Source of the DNA: Candidatus Poribacteria bacterium
GTDB taxonomy: Bacteria; Poribacteria; WGA-4E; WGA-3G
Direction: 5' to 3'
DNA length: 64,000 nt
Assembly: GCA_965242965.1 (NCBI GenBank)
Contig: OZ251518.1
Span: forward strand, 4,576,001 to 4,640,000
Positions 9,223 to 17,573 of the stretch are shown here, piece after piece; position 1 is the first letter of the stretch, and every line of letters starts with the position of its first letter. The notes beneath the pieces are model-generated. The model made no database searches and was not told the origin of the DNA. It worked only from the letters and a program-made list of their open reading frames with translations. The position numbers were made by a program, and so were the translations under genes.

Positions 9223-9489
9223 ATGCAAAACTGCATTGGACACAGCCTGACAGAAAATTTTCGGGGTTTTTGCGATAAACTTCCGCGAGATGTTCAGAAA
9301 CGCGTCCTGCGGAAATTTAATCTGCTGCAGCAGAATCCAGGACACCCTTCTCTCCACTTGAAGAAGGTTGGGGTTTTCTGGTCAATGCGAATCAGCCAAA
9401 AATGTCGGGCCTTAGCGGTTGAAAACCAGGGAATTCTCGTCTGGCAGTGGATTGGAGGACACGACGAATACAAACGTCGAATCCGGTAA
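9223..9489 (+). CDS. RelE/ParE-superfamily toxin (HPSL type), copy 1
   Basis: LP.DVQ...KF.LL.QNP.HPSL.LKKVG..WS.RI....RALA...W.WIG.HDEY pattern; AAGGAG RBS. Confidence 0.85.
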   Translation: MQNCIGHSLTENFRGFCDKLPRDVQKRVLRKFNLLQQNPGHPSLHLKKVGVFWSMRISQKCRALAVENQGILVWQWIGGHDEYKRRIR

Positions 9490-9677
9490 TCCAAATTCCC
9501 CGGACTGTTACGGACTATTTCCGTACTTATAACGAGAAGAGGGATGTGGGTTTTCCCTTAGAATGTAAGGGCGGATTTCTATATCTGCACGTTTCCCATG
9601 CAGGCGACAGGCGGATATGGCAATCCGCTCTTACGTTTGGGCGATGGAAAATTAAAACGGACTAGCATTGGTTTAAC

Positions 9678-10249
9678 TGAGGGTGTTTCATAAATTGCTC
9701 AACGTCGCGGTGACATGCCCCCACGAGAGGGTACAAAGAAGGGAAGTGTCGGTAGACACTCCCCAGTCTCAATAATACATCCCGGTAGGAGAGACCTCCC
9801 GGTCTCGATGCTTCAGGCACTCGCAAACGAGAGCGATGAGTCTATCCTACCGGTGGGGTGCGCCCGAGCCCTGTCGTTTCGGGTGCGCCCCACTTGTAGT
9901 TCATGCGCACCTGCACCTGAACTATTTGCAATCAGGCGATTGCAAACGACAGCGGGAGTCTTGATGTTTTCCCGATAGGCGGGACATCCCTGTCCCGATA
10001 CGCACCAAATCGAGACCAGGAGGTCTCTCCTACCAAGACATCGCTCGCATTGAGACTGGGAGGGCGCGCCGGAAAAAGAAAACAGCGCGCGTTGCCATCG
10101 GCCGAGGTCCCGGCACTCGCGACGCGCCGAGGGGTGCCCTCGGCAGGGATTCGTAGAGAAGTTGGGCTGCACTCCGTTCGCTTTTCTATCGGTATTCGCC
10201 TGCCCCCAATGGGCGATAAATACCGAAACGGATTTATGAAACACCCTCA
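9678..10249 (+). mobile_element. MITE-like cassette with REP-hairpin cargo
   Basis: TIRs TGAGGGTGTTTCATAAAT / ATTTATGAAACACCCTCA. Direct repeat TTTAAC at 9672-9677 and 10250-10255. No transposase ORF. Confidence 0.8.
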
Positions 10250-10365
10250 TTTAACTAGGCGTTTTCATATTCTGCAGGATCGGACGCGGAATTTCTCGGT
10301 AACTACAGTCACTTCCTTGGTTGATTTGATATTATCCTTACCACTCAAAAAAACTACATTTTTTC

Positions 10366-10394
10366 TTGCAAAATAATCCAAAATGATATATACT
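10366..10394 (+). promoter_or_regulatory. putative sigma70 promoter of nuoA
   Basis: TTGCAA-17 nt-TATACT. Confidence 0.6.
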
Positions 10395-10426
10395 ATTAAC
10401 TACAAAACGCTTAAGGACAAATCTAC

Positions 10427-10837
10427 ATGCTATTTAACTTCGCAAATGTGCTAATTTTCCTCGGGGTCGGCTGTCTCTTTGTCGTCCTCAACCTGACTAT
10501 CTCTCGCTTGCTACACACGAAGTTGTACTCGGGCGAGAAATATATCCCGTATGAATGCGGCGAAGACCCGGTAGGTGACACGCGCATCAAGTTCAATACG
10601 CGCTTTTACGTCATCGCGCTCATCTTCCTCATCTTTGATGTGGAAACCGTGTTCCTTTTCCCATGGGCAGTAGTTTTCCGAAAAATGGGAATGTTCGCCT
10701 TTTTGGAAATGCTGGTATTCATCGCTATCCTCTTAGTCGGACTCGCCTACGTCTGGGCGAAGGGCGATCTGGAGTGGATCCGCTCAACACAACTAGAGGT
10801 GCAATCCGTTCGGAGGGAAGAAACTCATGGTAATTGA
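10427..10837 (+). CDS. nuoA: NADH-quinone oxidoreductase subunit A
   Basis: PYECGEDP and FLIFDVE..FLFPWA motifs; three TM segments. Confidence 0.96.
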   Translation: MLFNFANVLIFLGVGCLFVVLNLTISRLLHTKLYSGEKYIPYECGEDPVGDTRIKFNTRFYVIALIFLIFDVETVFLFPWAVVFRKMGMFAFLEMLVFIAILLVGLAYVWAKGDLEWIRSTQLEVQSVRREETHGN

Positions 10838-11387
10838 TGAAAAACTTGACAAAAACGTCATCGTCACATCCGTTGATGCCGTCGCCAACTGGGCGCGTTC
10901 ATCCGCGCTCTGGCCGATGACGTTCGGACTCGCCTGCTGCGCAATTGAGTTCATGGCGGCGGCGGCTTCTAATTATGACTTGGACCGGTTCGGTGCCGGT
11001 GTGCCGCGCGCGACACCGCGCCAATCCGATCTGATGGTTATCTCAGGCACCGTAACGCTCAAAATGGCGACGCGGATCAAACGCCTCTATGAACAGATGC
11101 CCGAACCGAAATACGTCATCTCAATGGGCAGCTGCGCGACAAGCGGCGGTCCTTATTGGCAACACGGGTATCACGTCCTCAAAGGGGTCGACCGGATTAT
11201 ACCCGTTGACGTTTACGTGCCGGGCTGTCCGCCGCGTCCGGAGGCACTCATCGAAGGGTTGCTCAAGTTGCAGGAGAAGATTCGGACGCAGACCGTGGCG
11301 AAGCGCGCCCACGTGCCGTTCCTGAGAAGACTCTTTACTAAAACCGAGTGGTATCAGCATGAAGGCACAGAAGCGGCCGCGGAGTAA
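10827..11387 (+). CDS. nuoB: NADH-quinone oxidoreductase subunit B
   Basis: [19 protein letters not shown] and VPGCPPRPE motifs. Confidence 0.97.
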   Translation: MVIDEKLDKNVIVTSVDAVANWARSSALWPMTFGLACCAIEFMAAAASNYDLDRFGAGVPRATPRQSDLMVISGTVTLKMATRIKRLYEQMPEPKYVISMGSCATSGGPYWQHGYHVLKGVDRIIPVDVYVPGCPPRPEALIEGLLKLQEKIRTQTVAKRAHVPFLRRLFTKTEWYQHEGTEAAAE

Positions 11388-11562
11388 TACCAAATGGCGG
11401 ATATCCTCTCGCATCTGTAGGGGGCACTCGCCCGATTGTGCCTTGTTTGAAATCAGGCGATTGCAAACTACAGAACCGAGGAACCCCTGTTTGAAATCAG
11501 GCGATTTCAAACTGCAGTGCCGAGGAACCCATATCCGTTCAGTTATGGAGAGAAGAAAACAC

Positions 11563-12048
11563 GTGAAACCCGAAGAAATTCATGAAATGCTATCCGAGCA
11601 GTTCGGCGAGGCAGTGCTCGGTTTTGACGCGGAACTCGCCGGCGACCCGAGTATTCGCATCGCCGCCGCTTCCATCGCCGATGTATGCGCCTATCTCGCC
11701 GAAACCGAGACGCTGGCGTTTGACTCTTTGATGTCGCTCAGCGGCGTAGATATCAACGCGCGCGATGAGGAATTCACCGTAGTCTATCACCTCTACTCGA
11801 TGCAACATCGGCAGAAGGTAGTCATCAAAGCGGTGGTGCCGAAAGAGGAACCGCACTTGCCAACCGTTGAGCATCTCTGGAAAACAGCGAATTGGCACGA
11901 GCGCGAGATTTATGACCTTTACGGTATCCACTTTGAGGGGCACAGCGATCTCCGTCGCATCTTACTCCCCGATGATTGGGAGGGGTATCCGTTGCGGAAG
12001 GATTACAAGGAGCCGGAATTCTATCGCGGGATGCGCGTGCCGTATTAA
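11563..12048 (+). CDS. nuoC: NADH-quinone oxidoreductase subunit C
   Basis: ANWHEREIYDLYGI.FEGH.DLRRILLP.DW.GYPLRKDY motif. GTG start at 11563; the ORF-track extension upstream runs through REP sequence. Confidence 0.95.
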   Translation: MKPEEIHEMLSEQFGEAVLGFDAELAGDPSIRIAAASIADVCAYLAETETLAFDSLMSLSGVDINARDEEFTVVYHLYSMQHRQKVVIKAVVPKEEPHLPTVEHLWKTANWHEREIYDLYGIHFEGHSDLRRILLPDDWEGYPLRKDYKEPEFYRGMRVPY

Positions 12049-12099
12049 CTTCGTGATTTTGGCGCGCTTTTACAGCGCGCCTGCCGGTTTTTTGATAAC

Positions 12100-12966
12100 A
12101 TGCGCCGCAATTACCGCCTCCTCATCTTGCTATTCCCTGTCATCTTTTGGCTCATCTGCTTCTTTCTCATCCCGCTCCTGTCCGTATTCGCCTATAGTTT
12201 TATAGAACGCGGGACTTACGGCGGCGTGCAGTGGAACTTCACACTGGAGAACTATCAGCGGCTGTTTGACGGGCTCTACCTCGGCATCTTGTGGCGTTCA
12301 GTCTCCACGGCGATAGTGGCGACAGTTCTCTGTCTGATACTCGGCTATCCGTTCGCGTATTATCTGGCGCGGTATCAACCGAAACGGCGAAACGTGCTGT
12401 TATTGCTTGTCGTTGTCCCGTTTTGGACCAATTTTCTCATCCGCACCTACGCATGGATACTGATTTTACGGACAGAAGGCATTTTAAACAGCCTGCTGGC
12501 ATTTCTCGTCCCGAACTTCCAACCGTTGGAACTGCTCAACACGCCGATAGCCGTGCAGCTCGGGCTCGTCTACGGTTACCTGCCGTTTATGATTTTGCCG
12601 CTCTACGCCTCTCTGGAGCAGTTGGACCTGGGGTTAATGGAGGCGGCTCAAGATTTAGGTGCCTCACCGCGCCGCACCTTCTGGCATGTTACCGTACCGC
12701 TCAGCCTCCCCGGTATCCTCGCTGGCTCCATGTTGGTTTTCATCCCTACCGTCGGCGCGTTTATCACCCCAGATTTACTCGGCGGCGGGAAGGTGAGTTA
12801 CATCGGGAACGTCGTCGAACGGCAATTCAAATCGGCGCGAGATTGGCCGTTCGGTTCCGCGCTATCATTCATGCTGATGTGCATCGTGCTGGTGGGGACG
12901 GTGCTCTATTTCCGGGCACTTGGAAACCGAGATGAGGCGGTTGCGCCTACCGGAGAGGGACGATGA
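12100..12966 (+). CDS. potB: spermidine/putrescine-type ABC transporter permease
   Basis: PFWTNFLIRTYAW, the EAAQDLGA (EAA) motif and DWPFGSALS. Confidence 0.85.
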   Translation: MRRNYRLLILLFPVIFWLICFFLIPLLSVFAYSFIERGTYGGVQWNFTLENYQRLFDGLYLGILWRSVSTAIVATVLCLILGYPFAYYLARYQPKRRNVLLLLVVVPFWTNFLIRTYAWILILRTEGILNSLLAFLVPNFQPLELLNTPIAVQLGLVYGYLPFMILPLYASLEQLDLGLMEAAQDLGASPRRTFWHVTVPLSLPGILAGSMLVFIPTVGAFITPDLLGGGKVSYIGNVVERQFKSARDWPFGSALSFMLMCIVLVGTVLYFRALGNRDEAVAPTGEGR

Positions 12967-13736
12967 AACGCCTCCTTGAAATCAACATCTTCCTCGTTTT
13001 CCTCTTCCTCTACGTTCCGATTTTGGCAGTCGTCGCGTTTTCGTTTAACAGCGGTGAACAGACAGCGGTATGGCAAGGGTTCACATTTGAGTGGTATGCG
13101 GCGTTGTTTGAAGACGCGGACTTATGGCGCGCCTGCAGAAATAGTTTGATGGTAGCGGGTGCCGCGACGCTCATCGCCACCGTTATTGGGACGGCCACCG
13201 CGCTCGCTATTGAACGTTACCGATTTCGGTTTCGCGCAGCGTTAGTGCGATGTCTCTACCTCCCGATTATCATCCCCGACATCGTGCTGGCGATTGCATT
13301 GCTGTCCTTTTACGTGCAGACGCGCATTCCGCTCGGATTAACGTCCCTTATCATCGCGCACGGCGTTTTCAATATCGCCTACGTTACCATCGTCGTCAGG
13401 GCACGCTTGCAAGGTTACGATAACAGCGTTGAGGACGCGGCGTTGGACTTGGGTGCCACCGAATGGCAGACGTTTTGGCGGATTACACTGCCGCTCATCG
13501 CGCCGGGGATTATCGGCGGCGCATTGCTAGCGTTCACGCTTTCGATTGACGACTTCGTCATCACCTTCTTTACGGCAGGTGTCGGGTGGACAACGCTTTC
13601 GGTGCATATCTATTCGCTGCTCAAATTCGGCATCACGCCAAAAATCAACGCTATTTCAACGATGCTCCTCGTCAACTCGATCGTTTTTATCCTATTATTC
13701 TTGCGATTCAGAGAGAAAGACGCGCGAAACGGGTAG
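12963..13736 (+). CDS. potC: spermidine/putrescine-type ABC transporter permease
   Basis: FLYVPI, FSFNS, EDAALDLGA, FTLSIDDFVITFF and PKINAIST motifs. Confidence 0.85.
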   Translation: MKRLLEINIFLVFLFLYVPILAVVAFSFNSGEQTAVWQGFTFEWYAALFEDADLWRACRNSLMVAGAATLIATVIGTATALAIERYRFRFRAALVRCLYLPIIIPDIVLAIALLSFYVQTRIPLGLTSLIIAHGVFNIAYVTIVVRARLQGYDNSVEDAALDLGATEWQTFWRITLPLIAPGIIGGALLAFTLSIDDFVITFFTAGVGWTTLSVHIYSLLKFGITPKINAISTMLLVNSIVFILLFLRFREKDARNG

Positions 13737-13920
13737 AAAAAACACCGTAGCGCGGGGGGCCTCGGATGCCACACGCGCATCCGAGAGGGTTTCCCCCGCA
13801 ATCGCGAAAGACGCGCGAAACGGTTAGGCAAAAAACTCACCGTAGCGCGGGGGCCCTCGGATGCCACACGCGCATCCGAGAGGGTTTCCCCCGCGAGCGC
13901 GAAAGACGCGCGAAACGGTT
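13715..13920. repeat. three copies of the potC 3'-end 18-mer alternating with long REP hairpins
   Basis: GAAAGACGCGCGAAACGG at 13715, 13806 and 13901, separated by GTAGCGCGGGGG..CTCGGATGCCACACGCGCATCCGAG..CCCCCGC hairpins. Confidence 0.88.
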
Positions 13921-13954
13921 ACGAAAAAAACGCTATCTGTGGTATCATATATCC

Positions 13955-15055
13955 ATGACGACATTTTCCCGGACGTGGATAGAAATAGACTTGCAGGCAA
14001 TTGTGGCGAACGCAACTGCAATCAAATCGCACACCGGCACTCGCCTCATCGCCGTTATCAAGGCGGATGCTTACGGACACGGCGCGGTCCGCGTCGCACA
14101 GGCACTGCACGAAATCGCCGATATGTTCGCCATTGCCACGGTGGCAGAAGGAATTGAGCTGCGCAATGCCGGCATTCGCAAGCCGATTTTCGTCTTGTTC
14201 AGTCCTCTCCCAGAATTGGCGGCGGAGATTGTCGCACATCAATTGATTCCGGCGATTGACAATTGGCAGTTGGCGCAGCGGTTAAACGAAATTGAACCGG
14301 TAGGCGCGCTTTCAAATCACGCTGTGCATGTTGACATTAACACCGGCATGCACCGAAGTGGTGTCCATTGGACAGAGGCGAAAGCGTTTTTGGACAGATT
14401 GAAGACGCTAAACCAACTTGAAATTAAAGGCATTTTTACACATTTCGCAACGGCTGACGAGGCGGACAAAAGTTACGCCTACCTGCAATTGGAGCGGTTC
14501 TCCACAGTGTATTGTAGGCGCGCGCGCCCAGGCGCGATAATGGTTCACGCGGCGAACAGTGCAGCAACGTTAACAATACCAGAAGCGCGTTTTGATGCCG
14601 TTCGTCCCGGCTTAAGTCTTTACGGTATCTATCCATCAACAGAAAAACCGATTCCGTTGCAGCCGGCCCTCACGTGGAAAGCGCGCGTCGGATGGGTAGG
14701 CTGGATTGAGGCAGGCGAAGGCGTGAGTTATGGGTTGACGTATCGCGCCGCTAACCGCACGCGCATCGCGACATTGCAAGTAGGCTACGGGGACGGATAT
14801 CCGCGCGCGCTGTCTAACCGCGCCCACGTCTTAATCAACGGCAAACGCCGTCCGATTATCGGACGCATTTGCATGGACGTGACGCTCATCCAACTCAAAC
14901 CTTCAGATGACGTTTCCATCGGTGACGAAGCCGTGCTAATCGGAAAACAGGGAGACGCTGAAATCGGCATTGATGAGGTTGCCGCCCGCGCAGATACGAT
15001 TTCATATCACATTCTCACACAGATAAGCAGACGCGTTGCACGAAACTACGTGTAA
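13955..15055 (+). CDS. alr: alanine racemase
   Basis: AVIKADAYGHG (PLP lysine), TGMHRSG, GYGDGYPR and GRICMD motifs; start at MTTFSRT. Confidence 0.96.
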   Translation: MTTFSRTWIEIDLQAIVANATAIKSHTGTRLIAVIKADAYGHGAVRVAQALHEIADMFAIATVAEGIELRNAGIRKPIFVLFSPLPELAAEIVAHQLIPAIDNWQLAQRLNEIEPVGALSNHAVHVDINTGMHRSGVHWTEAKAFLDRLKTLNQLEIKGIFTHFATADEADKSYAYLQLERFSTVYCRRARPGAIMVHAANSAATLTIPEARFDAVRPGLSLYGIYPSTEKPIPLQPALTWKARVGWVGWIEAGEGVSYGLTYRAANRTRIATLQVGYGDGYPRALSNRAHVLINGKRRPIIGRICMDVTLIQLKPSDDVSIGDEAVLIGKQGDAEIGIDEVAARADTISYHILTQISRRVARNYV

Positions 15056-15105
15056 GGGAGAATGGCTATAGCCTCCCTTCAATACGTCCTTACCTATCAC
15101 AAAAA

Positions 15106-16032
15106 ATGGTAATCACACTCAATAATCTATCTGTCTCTTATGGCACTCGCCCGGCGTTGGACTCACTCTCCCTGGAAGTAAAGGGAGGTGCCATCGGCCT
15201 CCTCGGTCCGAACGGTGCCGGCAAAAGCACGCTGCTGAAGACGCTGCTCGGCTTTGTTTCTCCAACCGAGGGAAGCGCGTCTATCTTCGGCATGGATGTC
15301 CAAACGCACACTTTGGACATCCGCCAGCAAATCGGCTATATGCCCGAAGACGAATGCTTAATTCCGGGGATGAGTGCCGTGCAATTGGTGGCTTACGCTG
15401 GAGAATTATGCGGTATGCCATCACGAGATGCCATGCAACGCGCCCACGAAGTCCTCTATTACGTCGGCGTTGATGAAGAACGCTACCGTCCAGTCGGCGA
15501 ATACTCAACAGGGATGAAACAGCGGGTGAAACTTGCGCAGGCACTCGTGCATGATGCCAAGTTGCTGTTCCTCGATGAACCCACCAACGGCATGGATACG
15601 AGTGGGCGCGAGGAGATGATCGCGCTTGTGAAAGACATTTCCGCCGACAAAGGTATTAATACCATTTTGTCATCGCACTTATTGCCAGATGTGGAAACGG
15701 CGTGTGAGGAGGTTATCGCGCTGCACGATGGACGCGTCGTCGTCCACGGCAATATTGAGGCACTGAAGAAACAACACTACCGCGCGTTCGATCTGAAGAT
15801 TGTCGGTAATAGCGAAACTTACGTGCGCGCGTTGGAACGCAATCAATACCTAGCTGAACTCAAACCGGGGGGCAGACTCCGAGTCACCACCCGTGAAGAC
15901 GCACGGACAGATGAACCAGACCCGAGATGCTTTTTCAGATTGGCATTAGAGCACGGTGTCCAACTACGTCAACTCCGCGAGGTGAAGCATTCGCTTGAGG
16001 ATATCTTCGCCGAGGCGATGGGTGTAGAGTGA
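15106..16032 (+). CDS. ABC transporter ATP-binding protein (ABC-2 type)
   Basis: GPNGAGKST, YSTGMKQR, LLFLDEPT and SSH motifs. Confidence 0.93.
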   Translation: MVITLNNLSVSYGTRPALDSLSLEVKGGAIGLLGPNGAGKSTLLKTLLGFVSPTEGSASIFGMDVQTHTLDIRQQIGYMPEDECLIPGMSAVQLVAYAGELCGMPSRDAMQRAHEVLYYVGVDEERYRPVGEYSTGMKQRVKLAQALVHDAKLLFLDEPTNGMDTSGREEMIALVKDISADKGINTILSSHLLPDVETACEEVIALHDGRVVVHGNIEALKKQHYRAFDLKIVGNSETYVRALERNQYLAELKPGGRLRVTTREDARTDEPDPRCFFRLALEHGVQLRQLREVKHSLEDIFAEAMGVE

Positions 16033-17171
16033 TTTTGAAAGTCTTGCTCATTGTTCTCATCGCTCTTTACCTATGCGCCGCTGGTTTTCCCAGGCGCGCC
16101 GCCGCTGACGAGAAACTCCGCATCGTTGGCATGGGCGGCACCCGCATCGCGACGCGCGCAGCGGACGCGGGTATCTTTGGCAACCCGGCATCGTTAGTTC
16201 ACGTCCAAAACCATCATCTCGCCTTCGGCATTGCCACCGAAAATCTGCGCTGGGGAGAACTCCCCAAACAGAAACGCGAACAACTCGTCGCCGAAGCGGG
16301 CATCGACGTTTACCCGACAACCTACTACTCGCACGCTTTTGGGAAGTGGGGGATTAGCATCGGCTACGCGGCGACGTTCACCAATTTTGCGAATTTCACG
16401 TTTGATGCGACTCAAGCCGAATATGATAGGAACAACCGCCGGTTTTCTGCACAGACAGATTTAAACACAGAATACGCTTTGTTCCGTGAAGGACGGTGGG
16501 TGCTATGCCTCGGACGCGAGATTGGAAAAACGCTGGCAGGGGCACGGCTCAAGTGGATAACGCAAAATGTGCGGCGCGGCACGCTGGTGTCTACCCTAGA
16601 TTTAGCGGCGCGCCACGGGCCAGACGTAGACACTCGCGCGCCGGAACAATTCATTCCGGCAATCGTTGAGGCGTTGCAATTCGGGGACAGGGTTCGCGAT
16701 ATTCTCCACGAAAACCAGCCCGAAATGGATAGCACAGCCGGCAGGTTGGAATTTGATGTCGGGTTTCAGCGCGATGTCCAAGTCCCACGTCTCAAACCGA
16801 TACAGGTAGGCGTGCTTTTTGAAAATCTCCTGCGGGCAGATTTAGTTGAACCGCTGCCGTTCAGGCTCGGCATTGGAATCGCATATCAACCTTTGGAATC
16901 GATAACTCTCGCCGCTGATGTCTCGCGCACGACAGGAGAAAGCGGGGTGGACTGGGCAATCGGCGCGGAATGCCACACCGGAGAATGGAAAACCAATTTC
17001 GCGGCGGCTCTCCGCATTGGCGCGGGCAGGGTTGCAGTAGCGAACCATTTTTCTATCGGCATCGCTTTGCGGCTTGGCACGCTTTGGACAGAATATACTT
17101 TGCGCAGTCCGTTCACAAGTATTCCGATTACAGAGGCGCATCACTTGTTCGCATTTACGTTGCATTGGTAG
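16029..17171 (+). CDS. putative outer-membrane beta-barrel protein (PorV/FadL-like N-terminus)
   Basis: Signal peptide, GMGG....A......NPA.L motif, alternating beta strands, terminal aromatic residue. Confidence 0.6.
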   Translation: MILKVLLIVLIALYLCAAGFPRRAAADEKLRIVGMGGTRIATRAADAGIFGNPASLVHVQNHHLAFGIATENLRWGELPKQKREQLVAEAGIDVYPTTYYSHAFGKWGISIGYAATFTNFANFTFDATQAEYDRNNRRFSAQTDLNTEYALFREGRWVLCLGREIGKTLAGARLKWITQNVRRGTLVSTLDLAARHGPDVDTRAPEQFIPAIVEALQFGDRVRDILHENQPEMDSTAGRLEFDVGFQRDVQVPRLKPIQVGVLFENLLRADLVEPLPFRLGIGIAYQPLESITLAADVSRTTGESGVDWAIGAECHTGEWKTNFAAALRIGAGRVAVANHFSIGIALRLGTLWTEYTLRSPFTSIPITEAHHLFAFTLHW

Positions 17172-17185
17172 ATATTTTCCGTTGG

Positions 17186-17560
17186 CTGTAGGGCGAGGGC
17201 CTGTCCCTCGCCAGGCTGAAACCGCACCCAATACCGTAGGGCGAGGGCCTGTCCCTCGCCATGCTGCGATCGCGGGGGAAACCGCTCGGATGCGCGTTTG
17301 GCATCCGAGGGCCCCCGCGCTACGGTAACTTGACGCACTCGCCATGCATGAGTAACCATTCTCCGGTGTCCGTAGGGCGAGGGCCTGTCCCTCGCCGTGC
17401 CACGATCGCGGGGGACAGGCCCCCGCGCTACGGTAACCGAGACGAACGCGGGGGACAGGCCCCCGCGCTACGGTAACTTGACAATCGCAGGGACAGGCCC
17501 CCGCGCTACGGTAACCGAGACGCTCGCGGGGGACAGGCCCCCGCGCTACGGTAACTTGAT
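17186..17560. repeat. tandem REP hairpin array
   Basis: Repeated GCGGGGGACAGGCCCCCGCGCTACGGTAAC units at ~39 bp period, plus GTAGGGCGAGGGCCTGTCCCTCGCC copies. Confidence 0.9.
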
Positions 17561-17573
17561 GGAGGAAACAGAC

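Noticed and set aside
11359-11562. ORF-track N-terminal extensions (nuoC; likewise alr 13766, ceramidase-like 17397, antitoxins 6783 and 27358, SpoIIM 45774, SDR 3336, MoxR 49398)
   Set aside because: The extensions run through REP or promoter sequence or neighbouring genes; downstream starts match the family N-termini and most have an RBS.
17400-17560. CRISPR array (also 44461-44592 and 53277-53385)
   Set aside because: Spacers are very short or identical, and the units are the dispersed REP hairpin found across the window.
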